This document shows, in pieces, positions 50,768-60,419 of a stretch of DNA of 64,000 bases. Source of the DNA: Candidatus Iainarchaeum sp. (GTDB lineage Archaea; Iainarchaeota; Iainarchaeia; Iainarchaeales; GCA-2688035); NCBI GenBank assembly GCA_017610205.1, contig JAFCCL010000007.1, positions 32,001 to 96,000 of the forward strand, written 5' to 3'. Under the pieces are notes generated by a model. It was not told the origin of the DNA. It did no database searches and saw only the letters and a list, made by a program, of their open reading frames with translations. Within the stretch, counting starts at the first letter, position 1; every line of letters starts with the position of its first letter. The translations under genes and the position numbers were made by a program.

Positions 50768-52132
50768 ATGGGATTGCTTGATATACTGCAACCGATTTTC
50801 AGGATGCTTCCTGAAGTCAAGCCACCGGCAGGTGAAGTTCCGCTGAAGAAAAAATTAATATGGACATCGCTTGTGCTTGTGATTTTCTTTATAATGGGAA
50901 ACATTACACTTATAGGTCTTGACAGTGCAAGAGCAGATTATCTCTTAGGAATTCAGACAATTCTTGCAAGCAATATGGGTACATTGATAAGTGCAGGAAT
51001 AGGGCCAATTGTACTGTCATCCATTGTGCTACAGCTTCTTGTAGGGGCAAAATTCCTAAACATTGACATGAGTAATCCTGCAGACAAAGCAAAATTTCAG
51101 AGCCTGCAAAAGTTTTTTGCAATAGTATTGTGCTTTTTTGAAGCCATGGCATATACTATTACAGGAACTCCTTTGCTTGCAAAGCCAGGTTTTCTGCTGC
51201 TTGTTATTGCACAGGTTGCACTTGGTTCAATTATTTTACTTTACCTTGATGAGGTTGTGTCCAAATATGGTATTGGATCAGGCATCGGATTGTTTATTGC
51301 AGGAGGAGTAAGCGGAGCATTTTTCTGGCAGATTTTTAGGCCACCTACACCAATAGAACCGACAGGTGGGGTAATAATGCAGTTTATTGCATCTCTTGGA
51401 ACAGGGGCAAACTTTTTGCTGTTCCTTCCAATAGTTGTTGCAATTATAATTTTTGCAATTGTGGTATTTGCTGAAGGAGTCCATGTAAATATTCCGATTA
51501 CAATGGGAAGAAAAGGAATGGGTGGACGCTTTCCTGTAAAATTATTGTATGTTTCAAATCTTCCGGTAATTCTTGCAATTGCCTTGTTTGCAAATCTTCA
51601 ACTTTGGGCAACTGTTGTTGAAGGCGTTCCAATTTTGGGATCAATAATGGGATTCCTTGCATGGGCTACAACAAGTCCGTTCAACCTTTTTTATGATATT
51701 ATTGTAAGGATTGGAAGCGAAGGACCAATTCAGGCATTGGGATTTATGGCACCGGATATTTTGCAGGCAATGATTTATTTGATTATTTTACTTGTATGCT
51801 GTATTGTATTCGGAATATTTTGGGTTAATATGGGAAACCAGGGTCCTGCTGCTGTTGCAGAACAATTGCAGCGTTCAGGAATGTATATTCCTGGATTTAG
51901 GCGTGACAAAAGAATTATTGAAGGAATTTTGAATCGGTATATTCCGACAATTACAATTCTTGGATCAATCTTTGTAGGTCTTTTGGCAGGACTTGGAAAC
52001 ATGGCTTTAGGCGGTCTGTCAAGCGGTACAGGAATTTTGCTTACAGTTGGAATTGTTTACAGGCTGTATGAACAGCTTGCAAAAGAGCAGATGATGGCAA
52101 TGCATCCAATGCTCGGGAAATTGTTTGGGTGA
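50768..52132 (+). CDS. secY: Preprotein translocase subunit SecY
   Basis: GIGPIV, KYGIGSGIGLFI, IPGFRRD, GTGILLTVGI. Confidence 0.97.
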   Translation: MGLLDILQPIFRMLPEVKPPAGEVPLKKKLIWTSLVLVIFFIMGNITLIGLDSARADYLLGIQTILASNMGTLISAGIGPIVLSSIVLQLLVGAKFLNIDMSNPADKAKFQSLQKFFAIVLCFFEAMAYTITGTPLLAKPGFLLLVIAQVALGSIILLYLDEVVSKYGIGSGIGLFIAGGVSGAFFWQIFRPPTPIEPTGGVIMQFIASLGTGANFLLFLPIVVAIIIFAIVVFAEGVHVNIPITMGRKGMGGRFPVKLLYVSNLPVILAIALFANLQLWATVVEGVPILGSIMGFLAWATTSPFNLFYDIIVRIGSEGPIQALGFMAPDILQAMIYLIILLVCCIVFGIFWVNMGNQGPAAVAEQLQRSGMYIPGFRRDKRIIEGILNRYIPTITILGSIFVGLLAGLGNMALGGLSSGTGILLTVGIVYRLYEQLAKEQMMAMHPMLGKLFG

Positions 52133-52138
52133 AGGAAA

Positions 52139-52321
52139 ATGGAAAAAAGAAAATGCGAACGGAGTGAGCATATGGCATCAAGCAACGAAGTTGCAAAGAT
52201 GGAATCCACACTAGCCGAGCGCGACGGCTTGGCTGAAAAAACGGATAATTTATATTCTATTCCCTTTCCAATTAATTTAGAGAATGTTTGTTTCCAACCG
52301 AATTTTTTTGGTGACTTTTAA
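52139..52321 (+). repeat. Hairpin cluster inside a 60-codon mini-ORF between secY and the DUF106 gene
   Basis: ATGCGAACGGAGTGAGCAT (52153-52171), GCAACGAAGTTGC (52182-52194), AGCCGAGC/GCTTGGCT (52213-52234); ORF ends in TAATG. Confidence 0.65.
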
Positions 52322-52872
52322 TGGTATTTTTAGATATAGTGATAGAAATAAGCCTGATTGCTTTGGCTGTTGTAGTCATAAGCAAGATTTTGCAATCAAA
52401 AATGATTGATAAGAAAAAGCAAAAGGCAGCACAGGCACAAATGAAAGAAAAGCAGAAAAAGATAAAAGAATTGATGAAAAACGGAGATGAGAAAAGCAAG
52501 AATGAAGTAGACAGGCTGCAAAAAGAAATGCTTGAAGATATGAACGCAACAATGCAGGGAACAATGAAATATATGCTTTTTAGCATGCCGCTTTTCTTCG
52601 GAGCATTTTTTATACTTGGAAGCCTTTATGGGGGAATATTATTTAATGCGCCAATTATGCTGCCAAAATTTCAGGGGTTTTTTTTCCTCAATCCATTTAC
52701 CTGGATTCCGGTTGGATGGGGTTATGAAACAGGCTGGCTAAAATGGTATTTTATAATTTATTTGATTGCGTCAATTATTATTGCAGTTACATTAAAGATT
52801 AGGGAAAAAGTAGTGAAAAGAGGCAGTAAAAATGTCGAAGAAGGAAAAAAAGGTGTTGAAAATGCCGAATAG
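52321..52872 (+). CDS. DUF106 / EMC3-TMCO1 (Oxa1 superfamily) membrane insertase
   Basis: TM-coiled coil-TM architecture, GWLKWY motif; conserved position after secY. Confidence 0.88.
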   Translation: MVFLDIVIEISLIALAVVVISKILQSKMIDKKKQKAAQAQMKEKQKKIKELMKNGDEKSKNEVDRLQKEMLEDMNATMQGTMKYMLFSMPLFFGAFFILGSLYGGILFNAPIMLPKFQGFFFLNPFTWIPVGWGYETGWLKWYFIIYLIASIIIAVTLKIREKVVKRGSKNVEEGKKGVENAE

Positions 52873-53197
52873 AAGTGAAAGATCAAAGAAGACAAAATTT
52901 AGGCGGGTTGCCGGAAGCAAATCCAAAAGAATTTTTGTCAAGGAAAAAACAAGCAAGCACAAATGTGCATTGTGCAAAGGACTTTTACACGGGGTGCCAC
53001 ACGGAAAAACAAGTGCAGAGGTTGGAAAGCTTTCAAAAACAAAAAGGCGGCCAACAGCAGTATTTGCAGGAATTTTGTGCAGTAAGTGCAGGCATTTGGT
53101 TGTAGGGGAAGCAGCACAGGTTGAAGCAAAAGCAAAAAAGTTTGATGATGTTGAATTACGTTTGCAATATTATGTAAAAAATGTAAAGGTGAATTAA
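52862..53197 (+). CDS. rpl34e: 50S ribosomal protein L34e
   Basis: CALCKGLLHGVP, KTKRRP, LCSKC. Confidence 0.93.
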   Translation: MPNRSERSKKTKFRRVAGSKSKRIFVKEKTSKHKCALCKGLLHGVPHGKTSAEVGKLSKTKRRPTAVFAGILCSKCRHLVVGEAAQVEAKAKKFDDVELRLQYYVKNVKVN

Positions 53198-53198
53198 A

Positions 53199-53423
53199 AT
53201 GACTGGACTTGAAAAGGGAATGGTTTGCATTAAAACAAGAGGCAAGGAAGCCGGAAGAAAGGTTGTTATAGTTGATTTTGACAGCAAAAAGTATGAAGCG
53301 GTTGTTGACGGGCCTTTGGTTAAGAAAAGAAAATGCAATGCAAAGCATTTGCTTCCAACAGGTCAAAAAATTCCTGCTGAAAAAATAAAAACAAATATGG
53401 ATTTTAAGGAGCTTTTGGAGTAG
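53199..53423 (+). CDS. rpl14e: 50S ribosomal protein L14e
   Basis: GMVCIKTRGKEAG, VKKRKCN..HL.PT. Confidence 0.93.
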   Translation: MTGLEKGMVCIKTRGKEAGRKVVIVDFDSKKYEAVVDGPLVKKRKCNAKHLLPTGQKIPAEKIKTNMDFKELLE

Positions 53424-53431
53424 TGAATTAA

Positions 53432-53908
53432 ATGGCGGAAAACGAAGAGTTTAGACATATTGTAAGGGTTGCATCAAAGGACCTTAACGGAAATTTGGCT
53501 ATTTACAGGGCACTTACAAAGATAAAGGGCGTTGGAATAAGAATGGGAAAAAATCTTGCACTTGTATTTGAAAAAGAAACAGGAGTAAAATATGACAGCA
53601 AACTTGGTTCATTGGCTGAAAATTTTGACAAAAAGTTGGAAGAAATTGTTCTAAATCCAAAAAAGTACGGAATTCCAGTATATTATTTAAACAAGCGAAA
53701 AGAATATGCAAGCGGCGAAGACAAGCATTTGGTAATGTCCGATCTTGACTTCAATGCAAGGACAGAATTCCAAAGACTTAATGAAATAAAATCATACAGG
53801 GGGCTTAGAAGAAGCTGGGGACTTACTGTAAGGGGACAGAGAACTAAATCAACCCATAGGGGCAAAGGCGGAACAATAGGCGTAATGAAAAAGGATAATA
53901 AAAAGTAA
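53432..53908 (+). CDS. rps13: 30S ribosomal protein S13
   Basis: FRHIVRV, IKGVG, SYRGLR, VRGQRTKS. Confidence 0.97.
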   Translation: MAENEEFRHIVRVASKDLNGNLAIYRALTKIKGVGIRMGKNLALVFEKETGVKYDSKLGSLAENFDKKLEEIVLNPKKYGIPVYYLNKRKEYASGEDKHLVMSDLDFNARTEFQRLNEIKSYRGLRRSWGLTVRGQRTKSTHRGKGGTIGVMKKDNKK

Positions 53909-53923
53909 AAGAGTTGATGAAAA

Positions 53924-54688
53924 ATGGGCGACCCAAGAAAAACAAGAAAGCAATTCAAAAGACCTTTGAAAATTTGGAATACTGCAAGCCTTGCAAGGGA
54001 AAAAGTTTTGAAAGAAACTTTTGGTCTTAAGAACAAGCGAGAAATTTGGAAAACTGAAACAATTTTAAGGAAAAAAAGGCACAGTGCAAGAAGCCTTTTG
54101 GCACTTCCTCTTGAAGAAAGGCTGAAAAGAGAAAAAGAGCTTATTGGAAGCCTTTCAAGAATAGGAATTTTGAGCGAAAACGCAGGGCTTGATGATGTTT
54201 TAACATTAACAGTTGAAAGCTTTTTTGAACGAAGATTGCAGACAATTGTGTTGAGAAAAGGACTTGCAAATACAGCAACACAGGCAAGACAGTTTATAAC
54301 ACATGGACACATTGCAATTGACGGAAAAAGAGTTACAGCTCCAAGTTATATTGTTACAGCTAAAGACGAAGGAAAAATTGGTTATTATGCAGGCAAAAAA
54401 ATGATACTAAAGCCTGTTGTAAAAGATGTTAAAAAAGATGAAAAGAAAAAAACAATTAAGAAAAAGTTTGAAGAAGCAAAGCCTGCAGAAGCTCCAACCG
54501 AAAATGCTGTTGATGTAATGAAGGCAGTAAAAGAAGCTAGGGAAAAATCATTGGAAGAAGCCAAAGGTGAGAAAAAAGAAGAAAAGGCAACAAAAGAGCC
54601 TGCAAAAGAAAAAGCCACTGAAGAGCCTGCAAAAAAAGAAAAAAAGGACAATAAGGCAGCTGAAGGCAAGAAAGAGGTGAAGAAATGA
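53924..54688 (+). CDS. rps4: 30S ribosomal protein S4 with Lys/Glu tail
   Basis: [34 protein letters not shown]. Confidence 0.97.
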   Translation: MGDPRKTRKQFKRPLKIWNTASLAREKVLKETFGLKNKREIWKTETILRKKRHSARSLLALPLEERLKREKELIGSLSRIGILSENAGLDDVLTLTVESFFERRLQTIVLRKGLANTATQARQFITHGHIAIDGKRVTAPSYIVTAKDEGKIGYYAGKKMILKPVVKDVKKDEKKKTIKKKFEEAKPAEAPTENAVDVMKAVKEAREKSLEEAKGEKKEEKATKEPAKEKATEEPAKKEKKDNKAAEGKKEVKK

Positions 54689-55068
54689 ACAAAAAAGGCA
54701 TTATACATATTTATGCTTCCCACAATAATACAATGATTCTGCTGACTGATATAACCGGTGCAGAAACAATTGCAAAGTGTTCAGGCGGAGAAGTTATAAA
54801 AGCACAGCACAAGGAAGGCAGCCCATATGCTGCAATGAAAATTGCAGAAACAGTTGCAGAAAAATCAAGAGAACGTGGAATTACAGAGGTCATTGTAAAA
54901 GTCAGAGGAACAGGCGGAAACAGGTCAAATTCACCAGGATCAGGAAGTGAAGCAGCAATAAAGAGCTTAACAAGAGCAGGACTAAGGATTATAACAATTG
55001 AAAATGTTACACCAATACCACACGATGGATGCAGGAAAAAGAAAAAGTTTAGAGGTAAGAAAAAGTAA
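54685..55068 (+). CDS. rps11: 30S ribosomal protein S11
   Basis: [29 protein letters not shown]. Confidence 0.97.
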   Translation: MNKKGIIHIYASHNNTMILLTDITGAETIAKCSGGEVIKAQHKEGSPYAAMKIAETVAEKSRERGITEVIVKVRGTGGNRSNSPGSGSEAAIKSLTRAGLRIITIENVTPIPHDGCRKKKKFRGKKK

Positions 55069-55104
55069 ATGGTTAAAAAACCAAAATAGGAGTTGAATTG
55101 CCCA

Positions 55105-55860
55105 ATGACAATTAGCATAAAAAAAATTGATGAAAAAGGAAATGTTTCACGCTATCTTGTGAAAGGCACAAGCCCTGCGTTAATTAATGCAATCAGGAGA
55201 AGCGTAATGCTACATACACCCTGTCTTGCAATTGAAGACGTTTCAATATATCAAAATGGCTCTGTGCTGTTTGACGAAATGCTTGCACACCGACTAGGTA
55301 TGCTTCCAATAAAAACAGACAAGACATACAAACTAGGCGACAAAGTAAAGCTTGTTGTGGAAAAGGAAGGACCTTGCACTGTTTACGGCAAAGACATTAA
55401 GAGCACTGACCCAAAAATAGACATAACTGACAAAAATATTCCAATTACAAAGCTTTCAAAGAATCAAAAACTTAAAGTTGAAATGCAGGCAGTTATGATG
55501 CCTGGCAAAGAACATGCAAAATGGCAGCCTGCAATTGTAAGCTATAATGAAATTCCGGCGCTTGCTGTTTCAAAGGAATGCAATGGATGCGCAGACTGCG
55601 AAAAAGCATGCCCTATAAATATTATTGAAATGAAGGGCAAAAAGCCTGTTTTAAAGGATCAATATAATTGCACATTGTGTGGAGCTTGTGTTGACTCATG
55701 TGGAAAAGAAGCTCTAAAACTAAGTTTTAACAAAGAGGAATACATTCTTGCAATAGAGCCTGTTGCAGGACTTTCACAAAAAGAAGTAATTGAAGGATCA
55801 ATAAAGGCAATGGTAGAAAAAAGCAAGGGGTTTGCAAAAAGTTTGCAAAAGTTAAAATGA
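55105..55860 (+). CDS. rpoD: RNA polymerase subunit D (Rpo3) with 2[4Fe-4S]-type domain
   Basis: NAIRR, DEMLAHRLG, HAKWQP, CNGCADCEKACP, CTLCGACVDSC. Confidence 0.96.
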   Translation: MTISIKKIDEKGNVSRYLVKGTSPALINAIRRSVMLHTPCLAIEDVSIYQNGSVLFDEMLAHRLGMLPIKTDKTYKLGDKVKLVVEKEGPCTVYGKDIKSTDPKIDITDKNIPITKLSKNQKLKVEMQAVMMPGKEHAKWQPAIVSYNEIPALAVSKECNGCADCEKACPINIIEMKGKKPVLKDQYNCTLCGACVDSCGKEALKLSFNKEEYILAIEPVAGLSQKEVIEGSIKAMVEKSKGFAKSLQKLK

Positions 55861-55882
55861 GGTGTTATGGGGAAGATATTAC

Positions 55883-55999
55883 GCAGGGGTTCCCGAGCGG
55901 TCAAAGGGGCGGGACTTAAGTTGTATTTCATTTATTTAAGAGGTGCATGAGAAATCCCGTGACTTAGTGTCTTCGGGGGTTCGAATCCTCCTCCCTGCA
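55883..55999 (+). tRNA. tRNA-Leu(TAA) with 33-nt intron at 37/38 (55921-55953)
   Basis: Acceptor GCAGGGG/TCCCTGC, anticodon arm CGGGA-CTTAAG|A-TCCCG, long variable arm; BHB with central helix CTTA/TGAG and 3-nt bulges AGT and AAA. Confidence 0.95.
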
Positions 56000-56022
56000 A
56001 TTAAGAAAAAGGGTGAAAAATT

Positions 56023-56382
56023 ATGAAAACAGGACCAACAAAGGAAAGAGCAAAAAAAACAATGGCATTGCTTGAAAAAACAAGCAGAAAAAGCAAGAGC
56101 GCACTCTGGCTTGACGTTGCCACAAGGCTTGCAAAGCCAAGAAGACAAAGGGCAAGTGTAAACCTTTGGAAACTTGACAACCTTGCAAGAATTTTTAAGG
56201 GAAAAACATTGGTTGTGCCAGGAAAGGTCCTTGGAAACGGAGTAATTTTGGAAAAAGCAAAGATTGTAGCATTTGAATTTAGTGAATCTGCTGAAGAAAA
56301 AATAAAAAAAGCAGGTGGAAAAGCAATTCTAATAGAAAACGCTGTTTCCGAACCTGTAAAAACAATGGTAATTGTAAAATAG
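56023..56382 (+). CDS. rpl18e: 50S ribosomal protein L18e
   Basis: VNLWKL, VVPGKVLG.G, FSESA..KI..AGG. Confidence 0.96.
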   Translation: MKTGPTKERAKKTMALLEKTSRKSKSALWLDVATRLAKPRRQRASVNLWKLDNLARIFKGKTLVVPGKVLGNGVILEKAKIVAFEFSESAEEKIKKAGGKAILIENAVSEPVKTMVIVK

Positions 56383-56391
56383 GTGTTGTGA

Positions 56392-56808
56392 ATGATATTG
56401 ATTAATGCAGAAAATGTTATTATGGGAAGACTTGCTTCATTTGCTGCCAAAAAGGCACTAGAAGGAGAAGAAGTTACAATAGTAAACGCCGAAAAGGTAG
56501 TTATAACAGGCACGAAAGAAATTGTAATGAAAAAATTAAAAGTAAGACTTGGTCTTGTAGGAAAAGGAAATCCGGAAAAGGGACCAAAGTTTAGCAGAAT
56601 GCCTGACAGAATACTAAGAAGGTCAGTTAGAGGAATGCTTCCGCACAAAAAAAGCAAGGGAAGAGAAGCATATACACAGGTTCATGCATATATAGGAATT
56701 CCAGCAGAATTCGAAGGAAAAAAATTTGAGAAAATACCAGGCAAGGAAGAATCAAGAAAAAATGTTGAATTAGGAACAATATGCAAATTGCTTGGAGCAA
56801 AGTGGTGA
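56392..56808 (+). CDS. rpl13: 50S ribosomal protein L13
   Basis: GRLAS, VNAEKVVITG, RRSVRGMLP. Confidence 0.97.
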   Translation: MILINAENVIMGRLASFAAKKALEGEEVTIVNAEKVVITGTKEIVMKKLKVRLGLVGKGNPEKGPKFSRMPDRILRRSVRGMLPHKKSKGREAYTQVHAYIGIPAEFEGKKFEKIPGKEESRKNVELGTICKLLGAKW

Positions 56809-56813
56809 AAAAA

Positions 56814-57239
56814 ATGGCGACTGCAAAAAAAAGAAAAAGAAAAACAAGAATTAACAGCAAGGCCAAGAAAAAGGAAGCTGTTGCAAGGGCTGTTATAAGA
56901 AAAGGCAGCGGAAAAATAAAGGTAAACAAGCGCAACCTAAGCCTTTTTGAGCCAAAGCAGATTAAGTCATTTATTGAAGAGCCGTTAAATATTTTGCCAG
57001 ATGTTGCAAAAGAAGTAGACATTGATATAAATGTCAAAGGCGGCGGAGTTATGGGACAGGCAAGTTCAATAAGAAGCGCAATTGCAAAAAGTCTTGTGGT
57101 ATACAGTAAAGACGCCAAGGCAAAACAGGCACTGGTTGCTTATGACAGACTTTTGCTTGTTGATGACGTAAGACGTGTTGAAAGCAAAAAGCCATTGGGA
57201 ACAAAGGCCAGAAAGAAAAAGCAAATGAGCAAAAGGTGA
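56814..57239 (+). CDS. rps9: 30S ribosomal protein S9
   Basis: AVARA, VKGGGVMGQA, DRLLLVDD.RR.ESKK. Confidence 0.97.
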   Translation: MATAKKRKRKTRINSKAKKKEAVARAVIRKGSGKIKVNKRNLSLFEPKQIKSFIEEPLNILPDVAKEVDIDINVKGGGVMGQASSIRSAIAKSLVVYSKDAKAKQALVAYDRLLLVDDVRRVESKKPLGTKARKKKQMSKR

Positions 57240-57246
57240 TTAGGAT

Positions 57247-57441
57247 ATGATGGTTCCAATAAGATGTTTCAGCTGTGGAAAACAACTCGCAGGAGTATAT
57301 GAAGAGTTCAAAAAAAAGGTCGAAAAAGGCGAAAAACCCGAAAAGGCAATGGACGACCTTGGAATAAAAAGATACTGCTGCAGGCGAATAATTTTTTCAC
57401 ACGTTGATTTAATAGACGAAATTTCAAAATACCCGAGATGA
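57247..57441 (+). CDS. rpoN: RNA polymerase subunit N (Rpo10)
   Basis: [15 protein letters not shown]. Confidence 0.97.
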   Translation: MMVPIRCFSCGKQLAGVYEEFKKKVEKGEKPEKAMDDLGIKRYCCRRIIFSHVDLIDEISKYPR

Positions 57442-57446
57442 TTCAA

Positions 57447-58151
57447 ATGGACGAGAAAAAAGATTCAAAACATTTAGTTGAGCTTGACGAATATCTTAAA
57501 ACCGGCTCGCACATTGGCACAAAATTCAAGACAGGCGACATGAAACGCTACATTTTCAAGCAAAGAAGAGACGGTTTGAAAGTTCTTGATGTTGAAACAA
57601 TTGACAGCAGAATTAAGATAGCTGCAAAATTTCTTTCAAAATTTGATTCAAACGGAATAATTGTTGTTGCAAGAAAAACATACGGGCAAGAGCCTGCAAA
57701 ACAATTTGCCAAAGCAGTAGGCGGAAAGGCAATTCTTGGCAGGTTTGTTCCAGGAACATTTACAAATCCAAACGCAAAAAAATTCATGGAACCAAAAGTA
57801 GTTGTTGTAACAGACCCAGAGGCAGACAGGCAGATATTAAAAGAAGTTGAAAAAACCAAGGTGCCTGTTATTGCAATGTGTTCAACAAACAACAATCTTA
57901 CAACAATTGACCTTGTTATACCAATAAACAATAAGGGAAGAAAAAGCATGGCACTCGCATATTTCCTTCTTGCAAGAGAAGTATTAAAAGAAAAAGGCGA
58001 AATTAAAAAGGACGAAGACTTCAAGAAAAAGATTGAAGACTTTGAATACAAAATGAAGGAAGGGCAAAGAGAACAGCCAAGACGCGAACAAAGCGGTTTT
58101 GGAAGAGGCAGGCGTCCAGATGACAGAAACAGGGGATTTAGACGAAGGTAA
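57447..58151 (+). CDS. rps2: 30S ribosomal protein S2
   Basis: HIGTKFK, GRFVPGTFTNP, IPINNKGRKS; Arg/Gly-rich tail. Confidence 0.97.
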   Translation: MDEKKDSKHLVELDEYLKTGSHIGTKFKTGDMKRYIFKQRRDGLKVLDVETIDSRIKIAAKFLSKFDSNGIIVVARKTYGQEPAKQFAKAVGGKAILGRFVPGTFTNPNAKKFMEPKVVVVTDPEADRQILKEVEKTKVPVIAMCSTNNNLTTIDLVIPINNKGRKSMALAYFLLAREVLKEKGEIKKDEDFKKKIEDFEYKMKEGQREQPRREQSGFGRGRRPDDRNRGFRRR

Positions 58152-58187
58152 GAAATTTAAATTAGTTCTTCCCAAAAAATTCTTTTT

Positions 58188-58979
58188 ATGGCAGAACGAG
58201 AACCAAGTGCAGCAGGTGCCTATTATCCTGCACAAAAAGAGCAAATTGAAAAACAACTTGAAAAGCTTTTTGGAGGAATTCCAAAACAGGAAAAAAGCAA
58301 ATGCGTTGTTGCACCACACGCAGGATATGACTACAGTGGCAAAACCGCAGCATATTCTTTCAAAGCATTGCAGGAAAGCAAAACATTTGTTATTTTGAGC
58401 CCAAACCACACAGGCCTTGGCTCACCAGTAAGCGTAAGCAATGCAACCCAATGGAAAACACCACTTGGAAGCGTACAAGTTGATGTTAAATTTAGGGAAA
58501 AACTTCTTGCAAAGCTTGAAATTGAAGCAGATGATTTAGCACACATAGGCGAGCACAGCATTGAACTGCAAATTCCATTCCTGCAAAAAATGTTTAAAGG
58601 ATTTAAAATTTTGCCAATAACAATAATGGAACAACGGTTTGAAGAGCTTGAAAAAATTGGAAACGCACTTGCAGAACTTGAAGGTAGTTTTTCAATAATT
58701 GCCTCAGGCGATTTTACACACCAGGAACCGATTGAAATTGCAAGAAAAAAAGACCACGAGGCAATAAAAAAAATAGAATTGTTGGAAGCCAAAGGCTTTC
58801 ATCAAAAAGTAATCTCAGAAAATCTGAGCATTTGCGGAGTTTCACCAATTACTGCATTGATTCAGTACTGCAAAAAAACAGGGTTTAAAAAAGGAAAGCT
58901 TTTGCATTATGATACAAGCGCAACAGAAACAGGAGACAAGGAAAGTGTTGTTGGATATGCTGCAATAGGCTTTTATTGA
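58188..58979 (+). CDS. MEMO1-family protein (AmmeMemoRadiSam protein B-like)
   Basis: AGAYYP, PHAGYDYSG, PNHTG, EHSIELQ, GDFTH, VVGYAA. Confidence 0.93.
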   Translation: MAEREPSAAGAYYPAQKEQIEKQLEKLFGGIPKQEKSKCVVAPHAGYDYSGKTAAYSFKALQESKTFVILSPNHTGLGSPVSVSNATQWKTPLGSVQVDVKFREKLLAKLEIEADDLAHIGEHSIELQIPFLQKMFKGFKILPITIMEQRFEELEKIGNALAELEGSFSIIASGDFTHQEPIEIARKKDHEAIKKIELLEAKGFHQKVISENLSICGVSPITALIQYCKKTGFKKGKLLHYDTSATETGDKESVVGYAAIGFY

Positions 58980-59062
58980 TGTAATTCCTTAACTGTAGAG
59001 GGTAAATTTAAATATAAAAAACAGCATATAATATATGCAATATATAGGAAAAGTGGAGTTAA

Positions 59063-59800
59063 ATGGATAACAAAGAATTAAACGCATTGCTTGAAAAAAT
59101 CGGCTTGACCGAATATGAAAGCAAAACACTTGGAACCCTTTTCAAAATGGGTGAAGCAGAGGCTCCTGCCATAAGCAGGATTGCACAGGTTCCAAAAACA
59201 AGGGTTTACGACGTTCTTGACAAACTTGTTGAAAAAAACCTCGTAATAGAAATAAGAGGAAGACCAAAAAGATACAGGGGAATAGAAGCCAAAAAGGCAT
59301 TTGACCTAATTTTGCAAAAAAGAAAAGACGAACTACAGGACCTTGAAAAAAGGGTTGCCGGAGTAGAAAGTTTTATTGCAAACGCTGGTGGAAAAGAAGA
59401 ACAAGGCGAAAGAGTAATGAAAGTAAAGGACAAATATGATTTTGAAAGAATTCTTGCACAGGAAATTGCAAAGGCAAAAACAAGCATTGTTGGATTTTCA
59501 GAACTTACAGACAAAGAGCCTGTAGTAAAAGAAGCAATTGAAGCCGCAGGCCAAAAAAAGGTCGGAATAAAACTCATTAACACATTTCAAAACCAGTGGC
59601 TGCAAAAGGCTGCTGACACAAAACAGTTAGAACACGGATTGAATGCATACATTGTTGACAACAAAAGGGTTGTTCTTGCATTAAGTGACTTCAAGCAAGA
59701 CAAACCAGAATACTACTTTACAATATTCAACGAACACAAGCCAATGGTAAACGCATTGCAGCACTATTTTGATAAATGCTGGCAACAGGCAAAAAAATAA
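59063..59800 (+). CDS. TrmB-family transcriptional regulator
   Basis: GLTEYESK, VPKTRVYDVL..L; PLD-like C-terminal domain (IVDNK). Confidence 0.92.
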   Translation: MDNKELNALLEKIGLTEYESKTLGTLFKMGEAEAPAISRIAQVPKTRVYDVLDKLVEKNLVIEIRGRPKRYRGIEAKKAFDLILQKRKDELQDLEKRVAGVESFIANAGGKEEQGERVMKVKDKYDFERILAQEIAKAKTSIVGFSELTDKEPVVKEAIEAAGQKKVGIKLINTFQNQWLQKAADTKQLEHGLNAYIVDNKRVVLALSDFKQDKPEYYFTIFNEHKPMVNALQHYFDKCWQQAKK

Positions 59801-59802
59801 AG

Positions 59803-60360
59803 CTATAAATGATTAGTGCAGTTTAAGAGATGCACACAATGCTTTTTGTCTTCCCTAATTTCAAACACAGTAATTGAAGCATTTGGCGGGCAGGCAATCT
59901 TTTTCAAAGGCTGATTCAAAATAACTCTCTCCAACGCCTTGTTTATTCCAATATGCCCAACAAAAACAACAACGCCGTTTGGATGAGCTTTGTAGGACTT
60001 GTCAAGAACTTTCTTAACACGCTTCATCATACTTGCCTTGCTTTCAATTTTCTTTGGCCTGTTCTTCCAGTCAACAGCAGGTGCCTTTTTACCGGCATAC
60101 TTTCCAAGAAAAGTTTCCCTCAAATTCTTTGAAAGATGCAAAGGAGTTTTTGGATGAAATGCAAGAATTTCCTTTGCAGTATTTTTTGCCCTTGCCAAAT
60201 CACTTGAATAAACTGCATCAATCTTTTTGTTCTTAAGCCTTAACGCAAGCTTTTTTGCCTGCATTACACCCTTCTTTGAAAGAGTTCCAAACTTTTGCCC
60301 CTGCAAAATCCCATTCCTGTTTTCCACAGTTTCCCCATGCCTTGTAAGAATAAGCTTCAT
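59803..60360 (-). CDS. Histidine phosphatase (PGM-like)
   Basis: LTRHGET, YSSDLARA, VGH. Confidence 0.92.
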   Translation of the reverse strand: MKLILTRHGETVENRNGILQGQKFGTLSKKGVMQAKKLALRLKNKKIDAVYSSDLARAKNTAKEILAFHPKTPLHLSKNLRETFLGKYAGKKAPAVDWKNRPKKIESKASMMKRVKKVLDKSYKAHPNGVVVFVGHIGINKALERVILNQPLKKIACPPNASITVFEIREDKKHCVHLLNCTNHL

Positions 60361-60419
60361 GTCAGTAAAATTGGGGTTTGAACAGGAATAAAAGATTAAC
60401 TAACCATTATTGAATTGAT

